Assembly (NCBI GenBank): GCA_035942015.1
Contig: DASZDM010000220.1
Coordinates: forward strand, 1 to 37,273
Source of the DNA: Acidimicrobiales bacterium
GTDB taxonomy: Bacteria; Actinomycetota; Acidimicrobiia; Acidimicrobiales; CADCSY01
Length of the DNA: 37,273 nucleotides
Direction: 5' to 3'
The number at the start of each line of letters is the position of its first letter. Position 1 is the stretch's first letter. The notes beneath the pieces are model-generated. The model searched no databases and had not been told where the DNA came from. It was given only the letters and a program-made list of their open reading frames with translations. Shown one piece after another: positions 25,605 to 33,420 of this stretch. Position numbers and translations under genes: made by a program.

Positions 25605-26662
25605 CAGGGCCCGGGCTGCGGCACGACGGGCAGGCGGACCACGTGACCGGGCGCCGGTCCCGATCCCAGGTCGATCTCGACGGCATCGCCGGGCGCCAAC
25701 CCCGGGTCGAGGAGCGCCAACGCCATCCCTCGCTCCAACACCGGTGAGAAGTTCCCGCTGGTCACGAGACCGACCTGGTCGCCGTGTCGACGAACGACCT
25801 GACCGGCACGAGGTGGGCGCCGCCCGTCGAGCACCACTCCTCGCAGTCGCCGCCGGACGCCCGCCGCCCGTTCCGCCTCCAGGGCCGCCCGACCGCGGAA
25901 CTCACCCTTGTCCCAGCCCACTGACCACCCGAGCCCGGCCTGCAGAGGAGTGATGCCCGGGCCGAGCTCGTGGCCGAACAGGGGCAAGCCGGCCTCCAGG
26001 CGCAGCGTGTCGCGGGCGCCGAGACCGGCCGGCGTCACGCCGGCGGCCACCAGGGCCTCCCACAGGCCGGTGGCGGCGGGAATCGGCACGGCGATCTCCA
26101 CCCCGTCCTCTCCCGTGTACCCGGTGCCGGCAACGGTGCACGGCACGCCCTCCCACGCCAGTTCGACCACGTGGTGGCGGGCCACGACGGCTGCGTCCGC
26201 CCAGAATCGGGCCAGGCGTTCCCTGGCCCGCGGTCCCTGGACGGCGACCACGGCACGTGTCGCGGTGACGTCCTGGCCGTCGAGTGCGGCAACCACCTGC
26301 GCCGTGTTGGAGGCGTTGGGCATGACGTCGAAGCGCTCGACCCCGAGCCACCAGATGACGACGTCGTCGAGGACCGAGGCGTCCTCGGCATCCAGGAGTT
26401 GGGAGTACTGCGTGCGGCCCGGTTGCACTCGGGCGAGGTCGTTGGTCAGGGTCGACTGGAGCAGACTGCGGGCAGTGGGTCCAGTCACCCGCACGGTGCC
26501 GAGGTGGCTCACGTCGAACACCGCTGCGTCGGCGCGACAGGCCCGATGCTCGGCGAGGGTTCCCGACGGATACGACACTGGCATCGTCCAACCGCCGAAG
26601 GCGACCATCCTGGCCCCCGCCCGCCGGTGCACGGCGTCGAGGGGCGAGAGCGCCAGGGTCAC
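25604..26662 (-). CDS. gcvT: glycine cleavage system aminomethyltransferase (T protein)
   Basis: SPLDAVHRRAGARMVAFGGWTMPVSY...EHRACRADAAVFDVSHLG...TGYTGEDGVEI...ARDTLRLEAGLPLFGHEL is canonical GcvT. Confidence 0.93.
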   Translation of the reverse strand: MTLALSPLDAVHRRAGARMVAFGGWTMPVSYPSGTLAEHRACRADAAVFDVSHLGTVRVTGPTARSLLQSTLTNDLARVQPGRTQYSQLLDAEDASVLDDVVIWWLGVERFDVMPNASNTAQVVAALDGQDVTATRAVVAVQGPRARERLARFWADAAVVARHHVVELAWEGVPCTVAGTGYTGEDGVEIAVPIPAATGLWEALVAAGVTPAGLGARDTLRLEAGLPLFGHELGPGITPLQAGLGWSVGWDKGEFRGRAALEAERAAGVRRRLRGVVLDGRRPPRAGQVVRRHGDQVGLVTSGNFSPVLERGMALALLDPGLAPGDAVEIDLGSGPAPGHVVRLPVVPQPGP

Positions 26663-26668
26663 TGGCCG

Positions 26669-26674
26669 AGGCTA
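26669..26674 (-). promoter_or_regulatory. -10 element (TAGCCT) positioned for a leaderless gcvT-gcvPA-gcvPB transcript
   Basis: The minus strand reads ccggTAGCCTcggccaGTG, with a 6-nt spacer to GTG 26662. Only 43 nt separate gcvT from the upstream MerR gene. Confidence 0.4.
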
Positions 26675-26705
26675 CCGGTGGCGTCCAGCGGGAGGGAACG
26701 GCGAA

Positions 26706-27176
26706 CTACACGGCGGCGGAGGTCGGCCCCTCTTGGCTGGAGGCGGCGGTCTCCGGAGTGGGTCGCAGCTGCAGGATGCCGGCATCGACCTCTTCCTTGA
26801 CTCCGGCGAGAGGCACGATGTTGAGGACGCCCTGGCCGTTGCGCAACAGGTCGATGATCTCCTCACCGGTGCGAACCAGCACCGATCGAGTGCCGTTGAG
26901 CACGAGGTTGGCGCTGGCGATGTCGCCGCCGACGTGCTGGCGCAGATACTCGATCGCGGTGCGGGCCGAGCGAAGGGAGACCCCGGCGTCGAGCAGGTTC
27001 TTGATCACTTTGAGCTCGAGAAGGTCGTTGTAGGAGTAGCGCCGCTGCGAGCCGCTCCCTCGGGCGTCGGCGATGGAGGGACGAAGTAGGTTCGTGCGGG
27101 CCCAGTAATCGAGCTGGCGATAGGTGATCCCCACCACCGCACACACCTGTGGCCCCCGAAACCCCTCATCGACCAT
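26706..27176 (-). CDS. MerR family transcriptional regulator (Rv1830-like position)
   Basis: The N-terminal MerR HTH is VCAVVGITYRQLDYWARTNLLRPS...RRYSYNDLLELKVIKNLLDAGVSL. ATG 27176 (track start TTG 27179) is preceded by GAAGGG. Confidence 0.85.
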   Translation of the reverse strand: MVDEGFRGPQVCAVVGITYRQLDYWARTNLLRPSIADARGSGSQRRYSYNDLLELKVIKNLLDAGVSLRSARTAIEYLRQHVGGDIASANLVLNGTRSVLVRTGEEIIDLLRNGQGVLNIVPLAGVKEEVDAGILQLRPTPETAASSQEGPTSAAV

Positions 27177-27268
27177 CAAGAAGACCCTTCCGCTGCCAAG
27201 GTGGAATTACGCCCCTGTGATCCTACCCTCATAGACCAGCCAAGACGAAGGGAAGCGAGCGAGACGGC

Positions 27269-27754
27269 CTACGAGAAGTCTTCGGGGTTGACGTGCTCGA
27301 TGAACTGGCGGAACTCGTCGACGATCTGGTCCTGTTCCTCGGGGCGACCGTCCTCGCCCGCAGTGGCGCCGTCGTCGAGCACCTCGTCAGTGGCGAAGAT
27401 CGCTGCTTCCACCCTGACGGCGAGGGCAATGGCGTCTGAGGGCCGGCTCGAGACTCGATGGACCTGTCCGGCCAAGGCCAGCTCCACCTCGGCGAAGAAC
27501 GTGCTTTCCCGGAGCTCGGTCAGCACGACCCGTTGCACGGTCGCGCCGGTGGCGGCGAGGAGGTCCCGCATGAGGTCGTGCGTCATCGGCCGGGGAGTGG
27601 AAACGCCCTCCAGGGCCCAGGCGATGGCCTTGGCCTCTTCCTGGCCGATGTAGATCGGGAGCACCCGGCGATTCCGGCCCTGCTCTCGAAGGAGGACAAC
27701 GGGGGCGTTGGCCGGCAGCTCCAGGCGGACCCCGAGCAGCTCCATCTGCACCAC
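27269..27754 (-). CDS. bifunctional nuclease family protein (BFN/DUF151)
   Basis: MELLGVRLELPANAPVVLLRE...RVLPIYIGQEEAKAIAWALEGVSTPRPMTHDLM...VVLTELRESTFFAEV is characteristic of DUF151 (Rv1829-like). Confidence 0.87.
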   Translation of the reverse strand: MVQMELLGVRLELPANAPVVLLREQGRNRRVLPIYIGQEEAKAIAWALEGVSTPRPMTHDLMRDLLAATGATVQRVVLTELRESTFFAEVELALAGQVHRVSSRPSDAIALAVRVEAAIFATDEVLDDGATAGEDGRPEEQDQIVDEFRQFIEHVNPEDFS

Positions 27755-27760
27755 GCAGGC

Positions 27761-27766
27761 ACCCTA
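27761..27766 (-). promoter_or_regulatory. -10 element (TAGGGT) positioned for a leaderless BFN transcript
   Basis: The minus strand reads gcggTAGGGTgcctgcGTG, with a 6-nt spacer to GTG 27754. Confidence 0.4.
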
Positions 27767-27807
27767 CCGCTTCCCCCAAATGCCGACACGAGGACCAGGG
27801 GTGAAGG

Positions 27808-28668
27808 TCAATTTCGGCGGCGGGCCTTGGGTGGTTCGGCGTCGAAGCTGCTCAGCGCCTGCTGGCGAAGGGTGGAGCGAAGGGCGTCCCCCAACGTGGC
27901 CAGCTGCTCCAGGGTGGAGAGCGCCTGAGCCCGTGCCGCGGGATTGCGCTGCTTGACCAGGGGCAGGACGACCTGCTCGTAGAACCCCGCCTCTCTCTCG
28001 GCCGAGTTCTTGTACATCCGGAGGTGGCGGGGTTCGACCCCGTGGCGCGCGAAGGCAGCCGCCAGGCGTGCCACCTGGAGGGCTTGGCGGTCGTAGCACA
28101 GCTGGCTTCCCACGGAGGTGCCGACGAGTAGACCGTGGCGCTCGAGCTGGGACAGGTCACTCGGGCTCAATCCCGATGCTCGAGCCAGCTCCTCCCGGCT
28201 GTAGGACGCGGGCTCTTCGGCTGCCGGCACGGCAGGGGGATCGGGATCGGGAGCAGGCTCGGACATGACCGGGGCCGCAGCCGGCACCGGCGCGGGCGGC
28301 GGGGCCGGCGGGTCTCCTGCCGGCGGGGCCGGCGACTCGGGTGACGGTGCCGGTGCGGCCGCCGGCGCATCGCTCGAGGGTCGTCCCGCGGGTACAGCCG
28401 GTGCGCCCGCCTCTTCGGCTTCGAGGCGATCCTTGATGACCTTCAGAGGCAGGAAGTTCTCCCGCTGTTGGCGCAGGATCCAGCGCAGGCGCTCGACGTC
28501 GGCCTGGTAGAACTTGCGATAGCCCGACGCCGTCCGCTCGGGGTCGAGTAGGCCCTGGCTCTCGAGAAAGCGGATCTTGGAGATCGTCACGTCGGGGAAG
28601 TCGACCTTGAGCAGGTCGAGCATCTCGCCGATGGACAACGACTGGGATTCTGCCATGCGTGGGCTCAC
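27808..28668 (-). CDS. MerR family transcriptional regulator, two-domain FtsR/Rv1828-like
   Basis: An N-terminal MerR HTH (LSIGEMLDLLKVDFPDVTISKIRFLESQGLLDPERTASGYRKFYQADVERL), a Pro/Ala linker of about 70 aa, then a second MerR-like C-terminal domain. GTG 28668 overlaps the FHA stop (GTGA); ATG 28656 is the alternative. Confidence 0.85.
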   Translation of the reverse strand: MSPRMAESQSLSIGEMLDLLKVDFPDVTISKIRFLESQGLLDPERTASGYRKFYQADVERLRWILRQQRENFLPLKVIKDRLEAEEAGAPAVPAGRPSSDAPAAAPAPSPESPAPPAGDPPAPPPAPVPAAAPVMSEPAPDPDPPAVPAAEEPASYSREELARASGLSPSDLSQLERHGLLVGTSVGSQLCYDRQALQVARLAAAFARHGVEPRHLRMYKNSAEREAGFYEQVVLPLVKQRNPAARAQALSTLEQLATLGDALRSTLRQQALSSFDAEPPKARRRN

Positions 28669-29156
28669 TCACCGTCCGCTGGGGACGTGTCCAAGAAGAC
28701 CAGCTTGAACCGCCCGATCTGGACCTCATCGCCATTGGCGAGGGCCGTTTCGTCGATGCGCTCACGGTTGAGGTAGGTGCCATTGAGGGAACCCACATCG
28801 CGCAGGACATAACCACCGTCCCGGGACACGAACTCGGCGTGGCGCCGGGAGACGGTGACGTCGTCGAGAAAGATGTCGCTCTCGGGGTGGCGACCGGCGG
28901 ATACCGGTGAGCGATCCAGGACGAAACGTGAGCCTGCACCCGGGCCCCGCTTGATCACCAGCAGGCCCGAACCCTCGGGAAGTTCGTCCACAGCGATTGA
29001 GACCTCCTCCGAGGGTGGTCCCGATTCTGGATCGATCGGAGCCAGCGTGATGGTGTGGTCCTGGCCCCGCACGTCGAGCGGCGCTCCGCAGGAGGAGCAG
29101 AAGTTGGCGTTGTCGGGATTGGCGTGCCCGCACTGGTTGCAGAAGAGTTCGTCCAC
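28665..29156 (-). CDS. zinc-ribbon plus FHA domain protein (garA/odhI genomic position)
   Basis: An N-terminal CNQCGHANPDNANFCSSCG zinc ribbon. The C-terminal FHA domain is GRHPESDIFLDDVTVSRRHAEF...LRDVGSLNGTYLNRERI. GTG start preceded by AGGAG with a 5-nt spacer. Confidence 0.88.
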   Translation of the reverse strand: MDELFCNQCGHANPDNANFCSSCGAPLDVRGQDHTITLAPIDPESGPPSEEVSIAVDELPEGSGLLVIKRGPGAGSRFVLDRSPVSAGRHPESDIFLDDVTVSRRHAEFVSRDGGYVLRDVGSLNGTYLNRERIDETALANGDEVQIGRFKLVFLDTSPADGE

Positions 29157-29203
29157 ATCCGCTCCTAGGCTCGTGTCATACGTGCAGTCGCAGCTTCGTC
29201 GGC

Positions 29204-29581
29204 TCAGTCGACGAGGCGGCGATATCCCTCGGCGTCGAGGAGTCGTTCGATCTCGGTTGGGTCGGCGATGTCGATCACGCAGATCCAGCCCTGCCCGTAG
29301 GGATCCTCGTTCAGGCGTTCGGGGGAATCTCCCAACTCGTCGTTGACCTCCACCACCGTCCCGGTGACAGGGGCGTAGACCTCCGATACCGACTTGGTCG
29401 ACTCCACCTCACTGATGGTCGAGCCGGCGGTCACCGTGGCACCCACAGAGGGAAGCTGCACGAACACGACGTCGCCCAGCGCGTCCTGGGCGTGGTCGGT
29501 GATGCCGAGACGGGCTTGGCCGTCCTCCACGCGCATCCACTCATGGTCGGCGGAATAGCGCAGGTCGTCGGGGACGTTCAC
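29204..29581 (-). CDS. gcvH: glycine cleavage system H protein
   Basis: The last 125 aa of track ORF 29204..31087 read (M)NVPDDLRYSADHEWMRVEDG...ISEVESTKSVSEVYAPVTG (lipoyl-lysine motif). GTG 29581 lies 11 nt after the TAA of the upstream gene. Confidence 0.92.
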   Translation of the reverse strand: MNVPDDLRYSADHEWMRVEDGQARLGITDHAQDALGDVVFVQLPSVGATVTAGSTISEVESTKSVSEVYAPVTGTVVEVNDELGDSPERLNEDPYGQGWICVIDIADPTEIERLLDAEGYRRLVD

Positions 29582-29592
29582 TGTCCCGGACG

Positions 29593-32082
29593 TTACCGGA
29601 CACCGATCATCCCGGTAATGCGCAGGGCATACTCCTCCGCCCGCCGGTCGGCGTCCACGTCGCTCCGGGCTTCGACCCACACGTGGGTCAGGGGTTCCTC
29701 GGGATCGGGGAGCGCCAGGACCCAACCGTCGTCGTAGAGCACCTTGACGCCGTCGAGGAGGACCATCGGCAGCGCCGTTTCCTCGACCAGGGTGCGCATC
29801 ACGCTGCCCTTGTGCTCCCACGGGGTGGCTACCGCCCGGTGAGCCATGTGGGTGGGAGGCAAGCTGGCCACCACCTTGGAGAGGGGCGTGCCGGTGCGGG
29901 CGAGCATCTCCAGTATTCGGGCGAAGGCGGCCACGGCATCGAAGGCGGGGAGGAACGACGGAAAGGCGAACCCTCCGGCGCCGTTGGCGGCCAGGGCGAC
30001 ACCCGATTGGGCAGCCGCCATGAGGGCCGGTGTGTCGACCTTGGTCCAGAGAATCTCGGCGCCGAGCCCGGCGGCCAGCGTTTCCGCCTCCGTCGTCATG
30101 GTCACGGGAAGGGCGATACGACACGCGCCCTCGGTGGTCATGCCGACGAGTTGCACCATGGCCAGCACCGCCTCGGCGTCGTCCAGCACATGGCCCTCGT
30201 CGTCGATGAAGGTCACGTGCTCCCCGTCCGGATCGATGACCACGCCCAGTTGCGAACCCGACGAGCGCACCAAGGCCCCAACGTTGTCGGCATGGGTGTC
30301 GCGGTCGAACGTGCTGGCGCCGACGGTGGAGGCATAGGGATTGACGCCGAGGACCTCGGCTCCCAACTTGGCCAACACGTTCGGCATGACGAACGCGGTG
30401 CTGCCGTGGGCGTAGTCGACCACCAGCTTGAAGCCGGAGGAACGCACCAGATCGGCGTCGAAGGAGGCCATCAGCGCAGCGGTGTAGAACTCGAGCGAGC
30501 GGGGAGGAAAGTCGATGTCGCCGATCTCGCCCGGATACACCCGTCGGAAGTCTTCCCGGTAGAACAGGCGCTCGACCTTTCGGGCCAGGTCGGTGGAGAT
30601 GTCGATGCCAGTGTCGTCGAAGAACCGCAGCACCACGGACTGGGCATCGCCGGCGACCAGGCGCATGGTGATGCCGCCCTGGGAACGCTGTGAGCGCACC
30701 TGGAAGCGGGTCACCGGCACCGACGCCACCTCCAGGTCGTCGACGTTGATACCGGCCCCGTTGAGCCCGGCCATGACGGCCCGCTTGAGCATGCGGGTGG
30801 CGCGGCTCGAGTCGCGCGAGGTCGTCACGCGCGCTCCCTTCTTCAAGGTCGTGGCGTAGGCCATGGCCACCCTGGTGGCCAGCTCGGGCGTGATGTCGAC
30901 ATTGGCGAGACCGGCGACACCCAGGCGTCCGAACAGGTCGCGGGCGCCCCGGCTCTCCCACACCAAGGAGGAGTTGACGATGGCCCCGGCGTCCACCGTC
31001 TTGAACGGGTAGATCTTCACACCCGCGGTCAGGACCGCCCGGGTGCCGACGAAGCACTCGTCGCCGAGCACCACGCCGTCTTCGCACCGCACGCCCGCCC
31101 GCAGGTCCGACGACCGGCCCACCACCGTGCCGGTCGCCCTCACGCCCGCTCCGAGGTAGGCGTTGTCGTGCACCACGACCCGTTCCAGGTCGGCGTCGGA
31201 GCGCACCATGACGTTGGAGCCCAACACCGTGTAGGGCCCGAGGCGGGCGTTGGCCTCCACCCGGGCATTGGCCCCGACCACCGCCGGACCGGCCACGTCG
31301 GCCTCCGGGTGCACCTCCGCCCCCTCACCCAGCCAGATGTTGCCCTGGAGGCGAAACCCGGGGACGTCGACCTCCACCTTGCCGTCGAGCACGTCGGTGT
31401 GGGCCCGCATGTAGGCCTCGAGGGTTCCCACGTCCTCCCAGTAGCCCTCGCTCACGTGGCCGTACAGCGGCTTTCCCTGGTCCAACAGCGCTGGAAAGAC
31501 CTCCGCCGAGAAGTCGACGGGCCGATCGGGGGGGATGAAGTCGAAGACACCGGGCTCCAGCACGAAGATTCCGTTGTTGACGGTGTCGCTGAAGACCTGA
31601 CCCCACGTCGGCTTCTCCAGGAAGCGTTCGACGGCTCCGTCTTCGTCGGTGATGACGATGCCGAACTCCAGGGGGTTCTCCACGGCTGTCAGCCCGATGG
31701 TGGCCATAGCCTCTCGGCGGTCGTGGAAGGCCACGATCTCCGAGAGGTCGATGTCGGTGAGGACGTCGCCGGAGATGACCAGGAAGCGCTCGTCGAGCTC
31801 ATCCATGGCGTTGCGCACTGACCCGGCCGTGCCGAGCGGTGTCTCCTCGGTGGCATAGACCATGCGCACCCCGAACTCCGAGCCGTCACCGAAGTAGGTC
31901 CGGATGTTGTTGGCCATAAACGCCACCGTGACGACGATGTCGTCGAAACCATGGCGCTGGAGCAGCAACACGATGTGCTCCATCATCGGCCGATTGGCCA
32001 AGGGCATCATGGGTTTGGGTTGGTTGGAGGTGAGCGGCCGCAGCCTCGTGCCCTCACCCCCGGCCATGATCACCGCCTTCAC
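29593..32082 (-). CDS. fused sugar-1-phosphate nucleotidyltransferase (NTP-transferase + hexapeptide repeat) / phosphohexomutase (PGM/PMM domains I-IV)
   Basis: 829 aa starting (M)KAVIMAGGEGTRLRPLTSNQPKPMMPL. Left-handed beta-helix repeats are followed by a C-terminal alpha-D-phosphohexomutase-like half. GTG 32082 overlaps the stop of the upstream gene (GTGA). Confidence 0.88.
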   Translation of the reverse strand: MKAVIMAGGEGTRLRPLTSNQPKPMMPLANRPMMEHIVLLLQRHGFDDIVVTVAFMANNIRTYFGDGSEFGVRMVYATEETPLGTAGSVRNAMDELDERFLVISGDVLTDIDLSEIVAFHDRREAMATIGLTAVENPLEFGIVITDEDGAVERFLEKPTWGQVFSDTVNNGIFVLEPGVFDFIPPDRPVDFSAEVFPALLDQGKPLYGHVSEGYWEDVGTLEAYMRAHTDVLDGKVEVDVPGFRLQGNIWLGEGAEVHPEADVAGPAVVGANARVEANARLGPYTVLGSNVMVRSDADLERVVVHDNAYLGAGVRATGTVVGRSSDLRAGVRCEDGVVLGDECFVGTRAVLTAGVKIYPFKTVDAGAIVNSSLVWESRGARDLFGRLGVAGLANVDITPELATRVAMAYATTLKKGARVTTSRDSSRATRMLKRAVMAGLNGAGINVDDLEVASVPVTRFQVRSQRSQGGITMRLVAGDAQSVVLRFFDDTGIDISTDLARKVERLFYREDFRRVYPGEIGDIDFPPRSLEFYTAALMASFDADLVRSSGFKLVVDYAHGSTAFVMPNVLAKLGAEVLGVNPYASTVGASTFDRDTHADNVGALVRSSGSQLGVVIDPDGEHVTFIDDEGHVLDDAEAVLAMVQLVGMTTEGACRIALPVTMTTEAETLAAGLGAEILWTKVDTPALMAAAQSGVALAANGAGGFAFPSFLPAFDAVAAFARILEMLARTGTPLSKVVASLPPTHMAHRAVATPWEHKGSVMRTLVEETALPMVLLDGVKVLYDDGWVLALPDPEEPLTHVWVEARSDVDADRRAEEYALRITGMIGVR

Positions 32083-32678
32083 GACCGGGAACCTACCCCA
32101 CGATCGGCCAGCGCCCGACGGGCCAACGGGACGTAGCCGGCAAGGGAGACATAGCCGAGGACGAGACCGGGAACGACGAAGGCCCAGGCGGCCACGGCGG
32201 CAACCTCGGCCCACGAGAGGGTGGATTCCGAGGCGAGGAACAGCGGAAACGACGCCAACAGGCAGAACGTGCCGGCCTTGCCGACCAGGGTGACGTCGAT
32301 TCGCCGCGTTCCCATGGCGGCCAGCGCCACGGCGCCCACCGCCACCAGTGTCTCCCGCACCATGGCCAGGACGGCCACGACCGTCGGAACCGAACCGTCG
32401 ATCAGGATGCTCACCACCGCCACCGCCAGCAGGAGGCGGTCGGCGACCGGGTCGAGCACCTTCCCCAACGTGGTGACCTGGTGGTAGCGGCGGGCGACGA
32501 AGCCGTCGAGGCAGTCGGTGGCCGCCAGCGCACCCAATAGGGCGGCGGCGGCGGCCCGGTTCTCACGGCCGAACAGCAGCCACAGGAACACCGGTATCAA
32601 TGCCAGGCGGATCAGGGTGATGACGTTGGGTGCGGTCAGGATCCGGTCCTCGCCGCGGCGCGGCCCCCGGTCGCTCAC
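32079..32678 (-). CDS. CDP-alcohol phosphatidyltransferase family protein (PgsA2/actinobacterial cardiolipin-synthase-like)
   Basis: Family motif DCLDGFVARRYHQVTTLGKVLDPVADR (D-x2-DG-x2-AR...G-x3-D-x3-D) and multiple TM helices. GTG 32678 overlaps the SRAP stop (GTGA). Confidence 0.87.
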   Translation of the reverse strand: MSDRGPRRGEDRILTAPNVITLIRLALIPVFLWLLFGRENRAAAAALLGALAATDCLDGFVARRYHQVTTLGKVLDPVADRLLLAVAVVSILIDGSVPTVVAVLAMVRETLVAVGAVALAAMGTRRIDVTLVGKAGTFCLLASFPLFLASESTLSWAEVAAVAAWAFVVPGLVLGYVSLAGYVPLARRALADRGVGSRS

Positions 32679-33385
32679 GCCGGCTCCGGTGCAGGGGCGA
32701 CCGGTTGGAGCAGTTCCGGACCGTCGTTGGCCACGTTGTTCACCAGGGGACGCACCGCCGTGACGTCGAAGTCGGCCGGCGGCGCAGGGGCCAGGAGGCG
32801 CTGAAGGGCATCGACGTCATGATCGGTCGGATCCAGCCAGGCGTCCCAGGCGTCGGCTGCCAGCACGACCGGCATGCGGTGGTGCAGGTCGTTGATGGCC
32901 TCGTTGGCGGTCGTGGTGACGATGGTGGTGGACACGATCCGTTGCTCCCCATCGGCGCCGGCGCTGCCCGGCCGCCACGATTCCCACAGACCGGCGATGG
33001 CCATCGGTTGACCGTTCCGGTGCCGGATGTACCACGGTTGGCGCAGGGAGCCGTCTGCGACAGTCCGCCACTCGTAGAAGCCGTCAGCGGGGAGAAGGCA
33101 CCGCCGGCGGGCGAAGGCGTGGCGGAACGCCGGGCGGTCAGCCACCGACTCCGCCCGGGCGTTGATCATGCGAGCGCCGATTCGCGGGTCGTCAGCCCAG
33201 GGGGGGATGAGACCCCAACGAAGCGTGCCCAACCTCGTCGTGTCCCCGTGGCGAGCGATGGCGTACACCTCCTGGGTGGGAGCGACGTTGTAGCGGGCGG
33301 GGAGTTCCTCGGCCACGACCTCGTCGACGGAGAAGTAGCGGGCAAGCGCGGCCACCGGCGTGACCGAGGTGTAGCGCCCGCACAC
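32675..33385 (-). CDS. SOS response-associated peptidase (SRAP/YedK/HMCES family, abasic-site processing)
   Basis: The N-terminal MCGRY has the catalytic Cys2. Also NVAPTQ, INARAES, ADGFYEW and HHRMPVVL motifs. Confidence 0.9.
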   Translation of the reverse strand: MCGRYTSVTPVAALARYFSVDEVVAEELPARYNVAPTQEVYAIARHGDTTRLGTLRWGLIPPWADDPRIGARMINARAESVADRPAFRHAFARRRCLLPADGFYEWRTVADGSLRQPWYIRHRNGQPMAIAGLWESWRPGSAGADGEQRIVSTTIVTTTANEAINDLHHRMPVVLAADAWDAWLDPTDHDVDALQRLLAPAPPADFDVTAVRPLVNNVANDGPELLQPVAPAPEPA

Positions 33386-33392
33386 ACCTCTG

Positions 33393-33398
33393 ACCGTA
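33393..33398 (-). promoter_or_regulatory. -10 element (TACGGT) positioned for a (near-)leaderless SRAP-led transcript
   Basis: The minus strand reads ggggTACGGTcagaggtGTG, with a 7-nt spacer to GTG 33385. Confidence 0.35.
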
Positions 33399-33420
33399 CC
33401 CCGGCCCGACCTTGTCCCAT

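Noticed and set aside
26663-27268. A glycine riboswitch upstream of gcvT or the MerR gene.
   Set aside because: The gcvT upstream gap is only 43 nt and appears to hold a -10 box. The 89-nt MerR/BFN spacer shows no obvious tandem-aptamer-like structure by eye. I could not run a covariance model, so this is an absence by inspection only.
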